Notes under the pieces: generated by a model
The model's input: the letters and a program-made list of their open reading frames with translations, nothing else
What the model was told of the DNA's origin: nothing
The model's database searches: none
NCBI RefSeq assembly: GCF_001898145.1
Contig: NZ_MKSR01000023.1
Location: 61,894-125,893 of the forward strand
Source: Dyadobacter sp. 50-39
GTDB taxonomy: Bacteria > Bacteroidota > Bacteroidia > Cytophagales > Spirosomataceae
Length of the DNA: 64,000 nucleotides
Direction of reading: 5' to 3'
Part shown: positions 21,201 through 30,244 of the stretch, in pieces
Position numbering within the stretch: position 1 is the stretch's first letter
How the letters are laid out: every line of letters starts with the position of its first letter
Program-made: the position numbers and the translations under genes

Positions 21201-24200
21201 CGATCGAACCTGGCCAAAAGACCACGCTTGCGTTGGGCAGCAGCGCAGACAAGGTATTCCTCATCAGTCACATTGACTCAAATAAGAAAGATCTGTTTTC
21301 TTTCTCCGGTATCGACAGGCAAATCAGGTCGTTTCAGTTCGGTGCGACGGAAAATGACCGCGGCGGGTATTTCGCCCACTATCTTTTTGTAAAAAACAAC
21401 CGCGTGTTCAGCCATATGGAGCCGATCGTTGTGCCATGGACTAACAAAAAGCTCGAAATTGCTTACGAGACTTTTAGAGACAAGACATTACCGGGCAGTA
21501 AAGAAACTTGGAAGGTAAAAATCAGCGGCTTAAACAGAGACAAAATCGCGGCTGAAATGCTCGGCAGCATGTACGACGCGTCGCTCGACCAGCTTTATAT
21601 GCACCGTTGGTACGTCCCGGGTCTTTGGCTCATGAACACCACCCGTTATTACGATAAAAATGCGAACATCAGCTTTAACTCTGTCAACGCCGAGGTGAAG
21701 TATGGCGACGGACCGGCGTACAGGCATTTCGAAAAGACTTTCGACCAGCTCACCGGTCCGAGTAACTTAAATTTCGCTCTTGGCGGCATTGTTTCAGGCA
21801 TGAAGGTGAGCGGGCAGCTTTCACGGCCGGAGGTGGCATTTGCCGGTGCTGTCGCCGAAAAAAAGGACATGCCAGCTCCCGACGCCTCCGCGCTAAGCGA
21901 AGTGGTGGTCGTAGGTTATGGTCAGCAAAAAGCACCCGAAAAGGCCAAAGGCCAAACCGGTGCGCCTGCTACCCGCAAGAACTTTAACGAAACCGCCTTT
22001 TTTCTACCCGACCTCAAAACGGATTCGCAGGGCAATATCACTTTCTCGTTCACACTGCCCGAGGCGCTCACACGATGGAAGTTTCAGGCATTCGCGCACA
22101 CGAAGGCCCTTGCATTCGGCTATTCTTCCAGGGAAATTGTTACCCAAAAGGAGCTCATGGTCCAACCCAATACCCCCCGTTTCGTCCGTGAAGGCGACAA
22201 ATTGAGCTTTCCGGTAAAAATCGCCAATCTGGCCGACCGTGAGTTGAAAGGGAACGCGGCTCTGAGGTTTTCGAACAGCGAAACGGGTGAAAACATCGAT
22301 GCCACGCTGTCGAACGATGCGCCTGAAAAGGCATTTACCGTCGCAGCGGGACAGAGTTCGATTGTATTTTTTGACATTACCATCCCCAAAGGACTCACGG
22401 GCATGCTAACCTGGCGTGCCACCGCGCAATCGGGAAATTTGTCGGACGGCGAGGAGAATGTACTGCCGGTATTGCCCAACCGCATGCTTGTGACGGAAAG
22501 CCTGCCCATTTACTCCCGCGGGAATGGCGAGCGGAATTTTATGTTTGAAAAACTGAAAAATTCTGAGAAATCGGCCACGCTGACACACCAGTCAGTTACG
22601 GTGGAGTTTACCAGTAATCCTTCGTGGTATGCGATCCAGGCGTTGCCTTACCTGATGGAATTTCCATGGGAATGTGCCGAGCAGACGTGGAGCCGGTATT
22701 ATGCCAATGCCATTGCAGGCTCCATTGTGCGCAGTTCGCCACGCATCGCGCAGGTTTTCAGCCGTTGGAAAGGCCTCGATACCGCGACATTAAAGAGCAA
22801 TTTGAATAAGAACCAGGAACTAAAAGCACTGCTGCTCGAAGAAACCCCGTGGGTAATGGCTGCCAAATCGGAAACGGACCAAAAAAAGAACATCGCATTG
22901 CTGTTCGACCTCGTCCGCATGGGGAACGAACAAGATCGGATGGTACTAAAATTGGAAGACATGCAAAATCCCAATGGCGGTTTTCCCTGGTTCGAGGGTG
23001 GGCCCGACGACCGGTATATTACCCAGTACATCGTGACAGGCATCGGTCATTTGAAGAAAATGAAGGCATTAGACCCAGAGCAGGAACGGAAGGTCAACCG
23101 GCTTATCGATAAGGCATTACCCTATCTGGACGCCCGGCTTATGGAGGACTATGCAATGCTCCTCCGGCACAAGGTGGATCTTGGAAAGCATATCCCCGAT
23201 TCATACGCTATCCAGTACCTTTACATGCGCAGCTTTTTCCCAACCAAACCTGTGGCTCCTGCATCGAAAGAGGCTTACCAGCATTACAGCCAACGGGCGA
23301 AAGAAAGCTGGATCAGCCATTCCAAAATGTTGCAGGGAATGATCGCGCTCGTAATGGAACGCTCTGGCGACAGCCGCACAGCAAGCGAAATTCTAGAATC
23401 GCTCCGCCAAAAAGCTATCCAAAATGAAGAGCTCGGCATGTACTGGAAAGATACCCGGCGTGGCTGGTGGTGGCACGAGTCTCCCATTGAACAGCAGGCA
23501 TTGCTCATCGAGGCATTTCAGGAAGCAGGAAAAGACGCCAACACAGTGAATGAGCTGAAAACATGGCTGCTTAAAAACAAGCAAACCAACAACTGGGAAA
23601 GCACAAAGGCCACCGCAGAGGCATGCTATGCGCTGCTGTTGCAAGGCAACTACTGGCTCGCGGAAAGTCCCTCCGCTACGATAAAACTGGGAAGTACGAC
23701 AATCGACGCAGATGCCAACACGGAGGAAGCAGGTACAGGCTATTTCAAACGAACTTTCGGTCCGACGGCAGTGACGCCGGAAATGGGAGATATTCAGGTT
23801 TCGATACGTGCTTCTGCGGGTGCGGCCCAACTCCCCTCCTGGGGCGCCGTCTACTGGCAGTACTTCGAAGATCTCGACAAAATCACTTTTGCGGAAACAC
23901 CGTTGAAGCTCTCAAAACAGCTTTTTGTAGAAACTAACACTGACAAAGGCCCGGTCCTTACGCCTGTGCGCGAAGGCGAGGCGGTGAAAGTCGGGGATAA
24001 GATCAAAGTGCGCATTGAGCTGCGCGTCGACCGGGATATGGAATACGTGCATATGAAGGACATGCGGGCTGCCGGCCTTGAACCGGTGAATGTGCTGAGC
24101 GGCTACCGCTGGCAGGGTGGTCTGGGCTATTACGAGAGCACACGCGATGCAAGTACCAATTTCTTTTTCCACGCGCTGCCCAAAGGAACTTATGTGTTCG

Positions 24201-24328
24201 AATATCCACTTTTTATAACACACGAGGGCGATTTCAGCAACGGTATCACAACGATCCAATGCATGTACGCCCCCGAGTTCACCGCCCATAGCGAAGGCAT
24301 CAGATTAAAAGCATTACCCAGGAAGTAA
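18260..24328 (+). CDS. alpha-2-macroglobulin family protein (thioester-containing, about 2022 aa)
   Basis: The ORF opens at 18170, and the ATG at 18260 gives a signal-like N-terminus (MKIAYTFGYYLIITIIISLTMHTYGQ). It has repeated MG-type beta-sandwich segments, the post-bait hallmark RKNFNETAFFLPDLKTD and the thioester context FPWECAEQTWSRYY. Confidence 0.85.
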   Translation: MKIAYTFGYYLIITIIISLTMHTYGQTPVKYYAKEWKAVDELVGKGLDKDALEQIRTIYQLAKKEKQEAQIIKAAVYMVFVQNENRENSIETAIAELEKELLNTSGQAKAIYQSLIAAQYYAYYQRIRWQLYDRTATNRFDKNDIATWGSEDFHNKIGGLYLESIHEEGLLKETPLGPYDALIIKGNMRKLRPTLYDLLAFRALSYFSSTELNVKKPQYAFEIADASAFDPAADFVHRKFETRDSASLEHQALLLYQKLIAFHQQDAEPDALIDADLARLQYVRQKSVHPDKDSLYYMSVNHVAQQYQSTPAAAQAWYLKAQWLNDRGNRYRPGKDTTWRYETAKAAEICEKIISENPETEGGINAFNLLHAIRNLQLTMTMERVNIPGKPFLALVNFKNIPVLHIRLIKADTAALTDFEGYDYENKFKKLTAAPAIRAWTQPLPDTRDFQQHSVEIKIDALPIGDYILLAGTDEAFRDGHTILAARLFHVSNLSFIEKSNHYFVLDRDSGRPVAGAAVQLWRHNYNNSTRKYEYVKHTFHKTDANGQFIVSFDRKLGGRYDVMPEITHGDDHLFIRQGHPYYYPPFASHEDDEEDSIDQIFLFTDRGIYRPGQTVYYKGIARKGKEIFKNRSYEIDVDASDDQGSDFYTTKHKVNEYGSFSGSFTLPQSVLPGDFIISAENSQVSFKVEEYKRPRFEVAFDTLKNSYKVGDIIRITGSAVAYAGNVINEANVQYRVVRHPRIMYPWRWGRFAPVMQSQEIAHGETVTDAAGKFTLDFEAIPDRQMSRELDPVFEYTIYADITDLNGETRSNEIMVSAGYKSFVLKSDIPQKTSAADFKSLSIKSVNLAEMPVETDARIQFTRIVPENRLIRPRYWARPDVFVMAKNEFISLFPHDEYDAETEMENWSATGGPISVTAKLGQNTNVPIAGLRLSAGFYKVQITVKSAAGEEVSDVRYMELTEPNKAVPPYPTYLWAEGTSPIEPGQKTTLALGSSADKVFLISHIDSNKKDLFSFSGIDRQIRSFQFGATENDRGGYFAHYLFVKNNRVFSHMEPIVVPWTNKKLEIAYETFRDKTLPGSKETWKVKISGLNRDKIAAEMLGSMYDASLDQLYMHRWYVPGLWLMNTTRYYDKNANISFNSVNAEVKYGDGPAYRHFEKTFDQLTGPSNLNFALGGIVSGMKVSGQLSRPEVAFAGAVAEKKDMPAPDASALSEVVVVGYGQQKAPEKAKGQTGAPATRKNFNETAFFLPDLKTDSQGNITFSFTLPEALTRWKFQAFAHTKALAFGYSSREIVTQKELMVQPNTPRFVREGDKLSFPVKIANLADRELKGNAALRFSNSETGENIDATLSNDAPEKAFTVAAGQSSIVFFDITIPKGLTGMLTWRATAQSGNLSDGEENVLPVLPNRMLVTESLPIYSRGNGERNFMFEKLKNSEKSATLTHQSVTVEFTSNPSWYAIQALPYLMEFPWECAEQTWSRYYANAIAGSIVRSSPRIAQVFSRWKGLDTATLKSNLNKNQELKALLLEETPWVMAAKSETDQKKNIALLFDLVRMGNEQDRMVLKLEDMQNPNGGFPWFEGGPDDRYITQYIVTGIGHLKKMKALDPEQERKVNRLIDKALPYLDARLMEDYAMLLRHKVDLGKHIPDSYAIQYLYMRSFFPTKPVAPASKEAYQHYSQRAKESWISHSKMLQGMIALVMERSGDSRTASEILESLRQKAIQNEELGMYWKDTRRGWWWHESPIEQQALLIEAFQEAGKDANTVNELKTWLLKNKQTNNWESTKATAEACYALLLQGNYWLAESPSATIKLGSTTIDADANTEEAGTGYFKRTFGPTAVTPEMGDIQVSIRASAGAAQLPSWGAVYWQYFEDLDKITFAETPLKLSKQLFVETNTDKGPVLTPVREGEAVKVGDKIKVRIELRVDRDMEYVHMKDMRAAGLEPVNVLSGYRWQGGLGYYESTRDASTNFFFHALPKGTYVFEYPLFITHEGDFSNGITTIQCMYAPEFTAHSEGIRLKALPRK
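22673..22684 (+). other. CxEQ thioester motif (C-A-E-Q) of the A2M protein
   Basis: The codons tgt gcc gag cag were read directly and are in frame with the 18260 start. Confidence 0.8.
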
Positions 24329-24329
24329 T

Positions 24330-24845
24330 ATGCCCGTACAACTTATCAAAGCCACTATCAACGATCTGGAAACCGTCAGGCAAATCGGGATCGACACTTT
24401 TTATGAATCGTTTTCTTCCCTCAACACGGAGAAAAATATGGCACATTATCTCGAAACCGGTTTCAGCTTGGAGCGGGTCGCTTCCGAGCTTGGCGATCCG
24501 TTTTCGGAGTTCCATCTCGCCTATGAAGGCGATCAGCTGATCGGTTACCTCAAAGTGAACCATGGCCCTGCGCAAAGCGAGTTGAAGGACGATACCGCCC
24601 TGGAAATCGAGCGGATATATGTCCTCAGGGAATGGCAGGGACTGAAAGTGGGACAGCTGTTTTACGATAAAGCCATTGAAATTGCCCGCGCGCGCCGGTA
24701 TGCATATGTGTGGCTGGGCGTGTGGGAAAAAAATGAAAAGGCGATCGGATTTTACAAACGCAATGGTTTCGCAGAATTCGATAAGCACCTTTTCAAGCTC
24801 GGCGACGACATTCAGACCGACATTATGATGCGGCGGGACTTGTAA
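24330..24845 (+). CDS. GNAT family N-acetyltransferase
   Basis: The ORF is 171 aa with the acetyl-CoA motif QGLKVGQLFYDKAI...GFYKRNGF. Its ATG lies 1 nt after the A2M stop (taatatg). Confidence 0.85.
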   Translation: MPVQLIKATINDLETVRQIGIDTFYESFSSLNTEKNMAHYLETGFSLERVASELGDPFSEFHLAYEGDQLIGYLKVNHGPAQSELKDDTALEIERIYVLREWQGLKVGQLFYDKAIEIARARRYAYVWLGVWEKNEKAIGFYKRNGFAEFDKHLFKLGDDIQTDIMMRRDL

Positions 24846-26058
24846 GTGCCTGTATTTTCAGAATGGCCTTGGCGAACGCCTCCATGTCCTCCTTTTCTCC
24901 GAGCATAGCGTGCTGGAGAATCCATACCGCGTCCGTATCACAAGCCTGCTCGGCCACCGGGCAGAACGTTCGGCTGTAATCCGTGCTCTCCGGAATGGCG
25001 TAGCACATAAAGGTTTTATTCTGAAATAGCGGTTGTTTGTAAAGCGGATGCGGATATCCTTTGAAGCTCGGCACGCCCTCCGCGGCGAGCATTGCTGCAA
25101 ATTCGCTTTTGGGCAAGCCACCGAATTTCGATGCGTCGTATTTGAAAATATAGATATGGTAACCGTGCAGCGTAATGGCTTCGTTACGTTGCAAGGGCAC
25201 TATCCCCTCGATGGGCTTCAACAAACTATTCAAATACAAGCCATTGGCATTTCTGCGCCGGGTTTGTTCTTCCAGTCTTTTCAGTTGTTCCGACAGCAGC
25301 ACGGCCTGCATTTGGGTAATGCGATAGTTGCAACCTGGGTTATAATGTTCATACCATTGTCCGCCTTCAATACGGCCCACATTACGCAGGGAATGCATCG
25401 TCGCATACAAGTCATCGTCATCGGTAATGACGATACCGCCTTCGCCGGAGGTAAGGTTTTTGGAAGATTGAAAACTGAAACTGCCCACATGCCCGATGGA
25501 GCCTAGTTTTTCGCCTTTGTATTCGGCACCGTGGCCATGCGCGGCGTCTTCGATCACTTTGAGGTTATGCCGCCCGGCAATGTCCATAATCGCATCCATG
25601 TCACAAGCGAGTCCACCAAAATGCACCGGAATAATCACTTTGGTACGGGGAGTGATAGCCGCCTCAATGGCCGCCGGGCTGATATTGTAGGTGTCGGGGT
25701 CTATGTCGACAAACACCGGAACGCAGTTACATTCAATTACCGAAGAAGCCGTAGTGATAAATGTATAGGGCGGCACAATCACCTCGTCGCCGGGTCTCAC
25801 GCCGCAGGCCATCAGTGCCAGCCGCAGCGACACCGAGCCATTCACGCAGGTAATGGCATATTTGCTCCCGCAATATTCGGCGAATGCCCGCTCGAAACGC
25901 TCCACTTCGTCACCGCAATCGGGGTTACCCCATTTGCCTCCCGCTACGATCGCTGCCACGGCATTCACCTCATTTTCGTCATAAATGGGCCATGGGAAGG
26001 TCTTCTTAATGGTTTTCGGTCCGCCGTTGATCGCGAGTTCTTGCTGGTTGGTGCTCAT
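24823..26058 (-). CDS. DegT/DnrJ/EryC1/StrS family PLP-dependent aminotransferase
   Basis: The ORF is 411 aa. It carries GDEVIVPPYTFITT and the PLP-lysine context FSFQSSKNLTSGEGG. Its 3' end overlaps the GNAT 3' end by 23 nt in a convergent arrangement. Confidence 0.9.
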   Translation of the reverse strand: MSTNQQELAINGGPKTIKKTFPWPIYDENEVNAVAAIVAGGKWGNPDCGDEVERFERAFAEYCGSKYAITCVNGSVSLRLALMACGVRPGDEVIVPPYTFITTASSVIECNCVPVFVDIDPDTYNISPAAIEAAITPRTKVIIPVHFGGLACDMDAIMDIAGRHNLKVIEDAAHGHGAEYKGEKLGSIGHVGSFSFQSSKNLTSGEGGIVITDDDDLYATMHSLRNVGRIEGGQWYEHYNPGCNYRITQMQAVLLSEQLKRLEEQTRRRNANGLYLNSLLKPIEGIVPLQRNEAITLHGYHIYIFKYDASKFGGLPKSEFAAMLAAEGVPSFKGYPHPLYKQPLFQNKTFMCYAIPESTDYSRTFCPVAEQACDTDAVWILQHAMLGEKEDMEAFAKAILKIQALTSPAAS

Positions 26059-26204
26059 GCTGTCCGGAAATGTCCTGGTAATTTTTACCGGAATACGATC
26101 GCGCAGGTGAATCGGGCTATTTCCTGTGAGCGGGAGGCCGCATTATAGTCTTTTTAGGCCGCAACCAAGTATTTATCCCACAAACCCTTAGTCGCATTCC
26201 GTTC

Positions 26205-27491
26205 ATGAATAACAGACAACTACTTTACGCCCTGCTGGTTGCGGGCATTTCATTGGGTACGGCCTGGGCCATACGCGGGCAGTTCGGGCACGAGCAAGGC
26301 GCTGCGTGGGCCGGCGGTATTGGTGGCCTGAGCATCGTGCTCATAGCCAAACGAAAGGACTGGTATGCCAAGGCGTTTCAGCTGGCACTGGCTTCCGCTG
26401 CCGGCTGGGGCATAGGCGGCATTATCAGCTACGGCAAAGTCGTCGGCTTTGCACGCGGGCTCGAATTCGGCAACGTCTATTACGGATTTTTGATGCTTGG
26501 CATTATCGGTGGCCTTTTCGGGCTCATCGGGGGTGGATTATTCGGGCTTACGCTGGCTTCGTCCCGCGAGAAGCCCGTACAATGGCCTCAACTGATCACA
26601 GAAATGACCGCCGGTGCAATTATATTTTACTATCTCCTGATAGAACAGCTGGGATGGCTTATGACGCCCCCGCGCTCGGAAGCCTGGGCGGCGTGCTTCG
26701 GAATGACTGTAGCGTTGTTCTGGCACATGATCCGCCACAAACAGCGTTCGGCGGTGCGGCTGGCAATTTTCGCCGGCTTGGGCGGTGGTTTCGGCTTCGC
26801 GTTCGGCAACTTTCTGCAAGTGATGGGAAGCGTTTCTGGTATCCATTTTAATTTCTGGAACGTCATGGAATACTCGATCGGCTTTTTCGGGGGTGCAGGA
26901 ATGGCCTACGGCACCTTCACTTCCGAGTGGGAAACGACCGACAAGCAAGCATCGCGTTCCCGCCTGCTCGCCCCGGTTGTGATCCTGACGTTGCTTATCC
27001 CTTTCATCGTCTGGGACCAGTCGTTCAAAACAGAAAGGCTGGTGGAAACAATCCGTGGATTTGACCCGCTGGCCGATGCCGCAGGCGTTACCAATTACGT
27101 GCAATGGTTCGCGTTGCTGCTGGTACTCGCTTTTGCAGCCTTTGCCCTATTTAAATACTGTATCAAGACCAAAGCGCCATTTTTCGACCTGAACTATCAG
27201 GACATACAGCTGTTCTTTTTCGTGAACCTGAGTCTATATACGCTGTACAGCATTCTCATTACCTGCGCATTCATGAGTTTGTACCGCATGGAGCAATACC
27301 TCTACATTCTCAATATGGCGATTCTGGGCGTGCTCGTCAGGAAAACACAAGCTTCCTTTACCGACCGGGGGTTAAATATCAGCCGCTGGGCCATCAATTT
27401 CGTATTCCTCATCGCCATTTTCGCGATCCTCACAGCCGTCGCCATCAGTACACACGGGGAATTAAATGGCGCTAACCGGCGGTTTGAATGA
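26205..27491 (+). CDS. polytopic membrane protein of unknown function (about 11-12 TM)
   Basis: The ORF is 428 aa with many hydrophobic spans and Gly-rich helices (GGLFGLIGGGLFGL, GLGGGFGFAFGNF). No family was recognised. Confidence 0.6.
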   Translation: MNNRQLLYALLVAGISLGTAWAIRGQFGHEQGAAWAGGIGGLSIVLIAKRKDWYAKAFQLALASAAGWGIGGIISYGKVVGFARGLEFGNVYYGFLMLGIIGGLFGLIGGGLFGLTLASSREKPVQWPQLITEMTAGAIIFYYLLIEQLGWLMTPPRSEAWAACFGMTVALFWHMIRHKQRSAVRLAIFAGLGGGFGFAFGNFLQVMGSVSGIHFNFWNVMEYSIGFFGGAGMAYGTFTSEWETTDKQASRSRLLAPVVILTLLIPFIVWDQSFKTERLVETIRGFDPLADAAGVTNYVQWFALLLVLAFAAFALFKYCIKTKAPFFDLNYQDIQLFFFVNLSLYTLYSILITCAFMSLYRMEQYLYILNMAILGVLVRKTQASFTDRGLNISRWAINFVFLIAIFAILTAVAISTHGELNGANRRFE

Positions 27492-27507
27492 TATTAAAAT
27501 GAATGAG

Positions 27508-27548
27508 ACGCAATAGCCATTCCGTCGATCGCGGAATGGCTATTGCGT
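27508..27548. terminator. bidirectional hairpin between the membrane-protein gene (+) and the GDPD gene (-)
   Basis: A perfect 17-bp stem pairs acgcaatagccattccg with cggaatggctattgcgt around a 7-nt loop. Confidence 0.75.
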
Positions 27549-27550
27549 TG

Positions 27551-28393
27551 TTAGCGGTGCAAACCCAGCTCCCGCAGGCCCCGGATCATTTTCTCCGGCT
27601 CGTCGGTCTGGATGATGTTTGCGCCCTGTTGGGTGAGGTTTTTCAATGTTTCGCTGACATTCCCTTTCCTGATCTCTTCGTCAGGCGCACCTAATGCATT
27701 GATCCAGACTCTCGCTCCTTTGCTCCTGATGAGCCCGGTTACTTCCGGCGTGTAGAATTTGGAGTCGATATGGATCACTTCCGGCTTGAAACGCGTCAGT
27801 GCCGAGTCCGCCATGGCTTGTGAGTAGGCGCGTGGCATGAGCATATATTTTTTGGAAGCCGCATCGACCTCGGAGAGGATTTCGTAGTCGCTATCGAAGA
27901 AGAAAACAAAATCACCGGCCCTCATTTTCTTCACCACTTCAATGACCTTGTCGATCCGCTCCGTTTTCAGGTCCAGATCGACCATGATGCGTCCCTTGGC
28001 TATTTGTAATGCCTCTTCTAATGTGGGTATTTTTTCTTCCGTAGTCTTGCCGTTGGCAACAAGGCGCAATTTGCGGAGCTCTTCAAAGGTTTGCGTTTCG
28101 AGGTCGCCTTTGCCGGTAGTGGTACGGTCTACTTTGCCGTCATGCATGAGCATCGGAATGCCATCCCGGCTTACTTTCACGTCGATTTCTACAATATCAA
28201 CCCCCAATTTGATCGCCTCCCTGATGGCAGGCAGCGAATTTTCCGGTAGCTGGTGATGCACCGCCCGGTGTGAGGCTACAAGTACTTTTTTTGAATCGGC
28301 ATCCAGAAACTCCTTCCTGATCGCTGCGACTTGCGCCTGGGTTTTAAAAGCAATAAATGATAACAGAAGAACGGGTAATGTAATGCGGGTCAT
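27551..28393 (-). CDS. glycerophosphodiester phosphodiesterase family protein (secreted)
   Basis: It has a signal peptide, and HRAVHHQLPENSLPAIREAIKLGVDIVEIDVKVSRDGIPMLMHD is the GDPD catalytic N-terminal pattern. Confidence 0.85.
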   Translation of the reverse strand: MTRITLPVLLLSFIAFKTQAQVAAIRKEFLDADSKKVLVASHRAVHHQLPENSLPAIREAIKLGVDIVEIDVKVSRDGIPMLMHDGKVDRTTTGKGDLETQTFEELRKLRLVANGKTTEEKIPTLEEALQIAKGRIMVDLDLKTERIDKVIEVVKKMRAGDFVFFFDSDYEILSEVDAASKKYMLMPRAYSQAMADSALTRFKPEVIHIDSKFYTPEVTGLIRSKGARVWINALGAPDEEIRKGNVSETLKNLTQQGANIIQTDEPEKMIRGLRELGLHR

Positions 28394-28415
28394 TATAAAA
28401 AGGGATTATTGAATA

Positions 28416-30197
28416 CTATTTCGTGATCGTGAGCTCATCCTTTACCTCACCTTCGGGGTTATAGCATTTGTAATAGAGGGTATTGCCTTTGATCGATACG
28501 TGCTGGTACAGCGGGCCGTCTTTATACCTCACGACGGCATAGTCTTCCTTCGGCCAGCGTTCCTGCTTGCCGGGAATGCTGATCGACATCAGGTAAATGG
28601 TACCTTTCGCCGGGCTCGCCATTTCCTTATCGCCATACATCGGCTTTGTTCGCAGGTAATAATGCATATGCCCGCTCATGACCATATCCACATGGTATTT
28701 ATCGAAAAGCGTGCACCATTCGCGCTTGATCTCGTCATAAGGCTCTTCAAAATTGTAGGGCGGGAAATGAAACATGGCAAACTTCCATTTAGCTTTCGAA
28801 TTCCGCAGCTGGTTCTCCACCCAGGCCGTCTGCTCGGGTACCGGAAGCGTGGCATCGATCATCAGGAATAATGCGTCCTGATATTTGAAAGCATAGGTCA
28901 TCTCGGAGGGATGACCGGCCGGGCCATTCTCCGGAAGACTGAACATCTCTTTGTACATCCACGCACCAAGGCCATCCTGGCTGTCGTGGTTACCAGGCAC
29001 GGGCATCAGGGGACGGGTGCTGAAAGTCGGCCCGGCGTGCGCCCACAGCTGGTCCCAGTCGTCGCGGTGGAGGCCGGTAGTGACAAGGTCGCCGGCGATG
29101 GAGAAAAATGCGGTTTCAGGGTGCCGTTTGATCGATTTCTTCGCCATATCACCCCAGATAGGTGAAAAATGCGTGTCACCGAACCAGATGAACGAGAAGT
29201 CCTTCACACGGTCGGAAGCCGTCTGAAATGACGACGGTACCGTCCATTGCGACCGTCCCGTACCAATCGAGTAGTAGTATAATGACCCCGGGCTCAATCC
29301 TTTGAGCTGGGCAGTAAAGCGGTTCACGAACCGGTCGTTCTGCAACAGCCTGTCCTCCATCACAAATGCCGACGCATCAGTAAAAAGCGTATCCTGAGTG
29401 CCTTTTTTCCAATACTTCACTTTACTTCTGAGCACCTTCGGGCTGGTACGGTATTGAATGTTCGCGGTAGTAGCCGGATCGCCGGACCACGTCATGATCA
29501 CCTGGTCGGGATTTTCGGAAGAAGGGGTCGAAGTCGTTCTGAATGCATTCACCAGGTGTGCTTCCCGCGCACGGCCCCGCACAGTCGTGAACAGTGTCTG
29601 ACCTTTCAGTTCGTCCGGGACCTCTGTCAAAACCAAGCCATCCCAATCGTGGTAGGTAAATGCGCCCTTTTGCATTGTTCCTAGTGCATACTGGCTTGGT
29701 ACGACATTCGAAACAGTCAGTTTCTCGGTTTTGTCCAGCGGCGCCACACTGATGAAGTATACCGGCCGGTCTTTGTCAAAACCATTGATCCCAAGCCCTA
29801 TCTGCCCTTTTTCGAAATCCTTTTGCCAGACCTCGTAGGTAAACTCTTCGTTTTTGACGAGCATGGTTGTCTTCTTAAACCCGCTCCTTTGAAGCCAGAA
29901 CGGCGCCACGGCCTGACCGGTATGCCGCATGAGCGACACGCGCACCGGCACATTCGCCTCGAATGTCCAGAAGCGTGTGGACAAAGTCTCCTTGTCACGC
30001 TCGCTGAGAACACTCAGGATATAGGCGTCTGAAATCGTGTCCAGCTGCGCGGGAGTAAGCGTTTCATACAACCTGGTCACCGCACGGTCGACCACCTCTT
30101 TCACCGTCCTTTCCGGCTGCTCGCCGCCTATCATGTAAAACGACATCCAAACCGGGCATAGCAAGGCCCACCAGCGCATTCCTTTGTTCTTAATCAT
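28416..30197 (-). CDS. purple-acid-phosphatase-like metallophosphoesterase (secreted)
   Basis: The ordered motifs FGDTHF, AGDLVT, GNHDS, MFHFPPY and SGHMHYY are present. A roughly 300-aa N-terminal beta-rich extension precedes them. Confidence 0.8.
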   Translation of the reverse strand: MIKNKGMRWWALLCPVWMSFYMIGGEQPERTVKEVVDRAVTRLYETLTPAQLDTISDAYILSVLSERDKETLSTRFWTFEANVPVRVSLMRHTGQAVAPFWLQRSGFKKTTMLVKNEEFTYEVWQKDFEKGQIGLGINGFDKDRPVYFISVAPLDKTEKLTVSNVVPSQYALGTMQKGAFTYHDWDGLVLTEVPDELKGQTLFTTVRGRAREAHLVNAFRTTSTPSSENPDQVIMTWSGDPATTANIQYRTSPKVLRSKVKYWKKGTQDTLFTDASAFVMEDRLLQNDRFVNRFTAQLKGLSPGSLYYYSIGTGRSQWTVPSSFQTASDRVKDFSFIWFGDTHFSPIWGDMAKKSIKRHPETAFFSIAGDLVTTGLHRDDWDQLWAHAGPTFSTRPLMPVPGNHDSQDGLGAWMYKEMFSLPENGPAGHPSEMTYAFKYQDALFLMIDATLPVPEQTAWVENQLRNSKAKWKFAMFHFPPYNFEEPYDEIKREWCTLFDKYHVDMVMSGHMHYYLRTKPMYGDKEMASPAKGTIYLMSISIPGKQERWPKEDYAVVRYKDGPLYQHVSIKGNTLYYKCYNPEGEVKDELTITK

Positions 30198-30244
30198 GGC
30201 TTTTTAGATTTCCGGTTAAGTATAGATACATCTATTTCCGGGAT

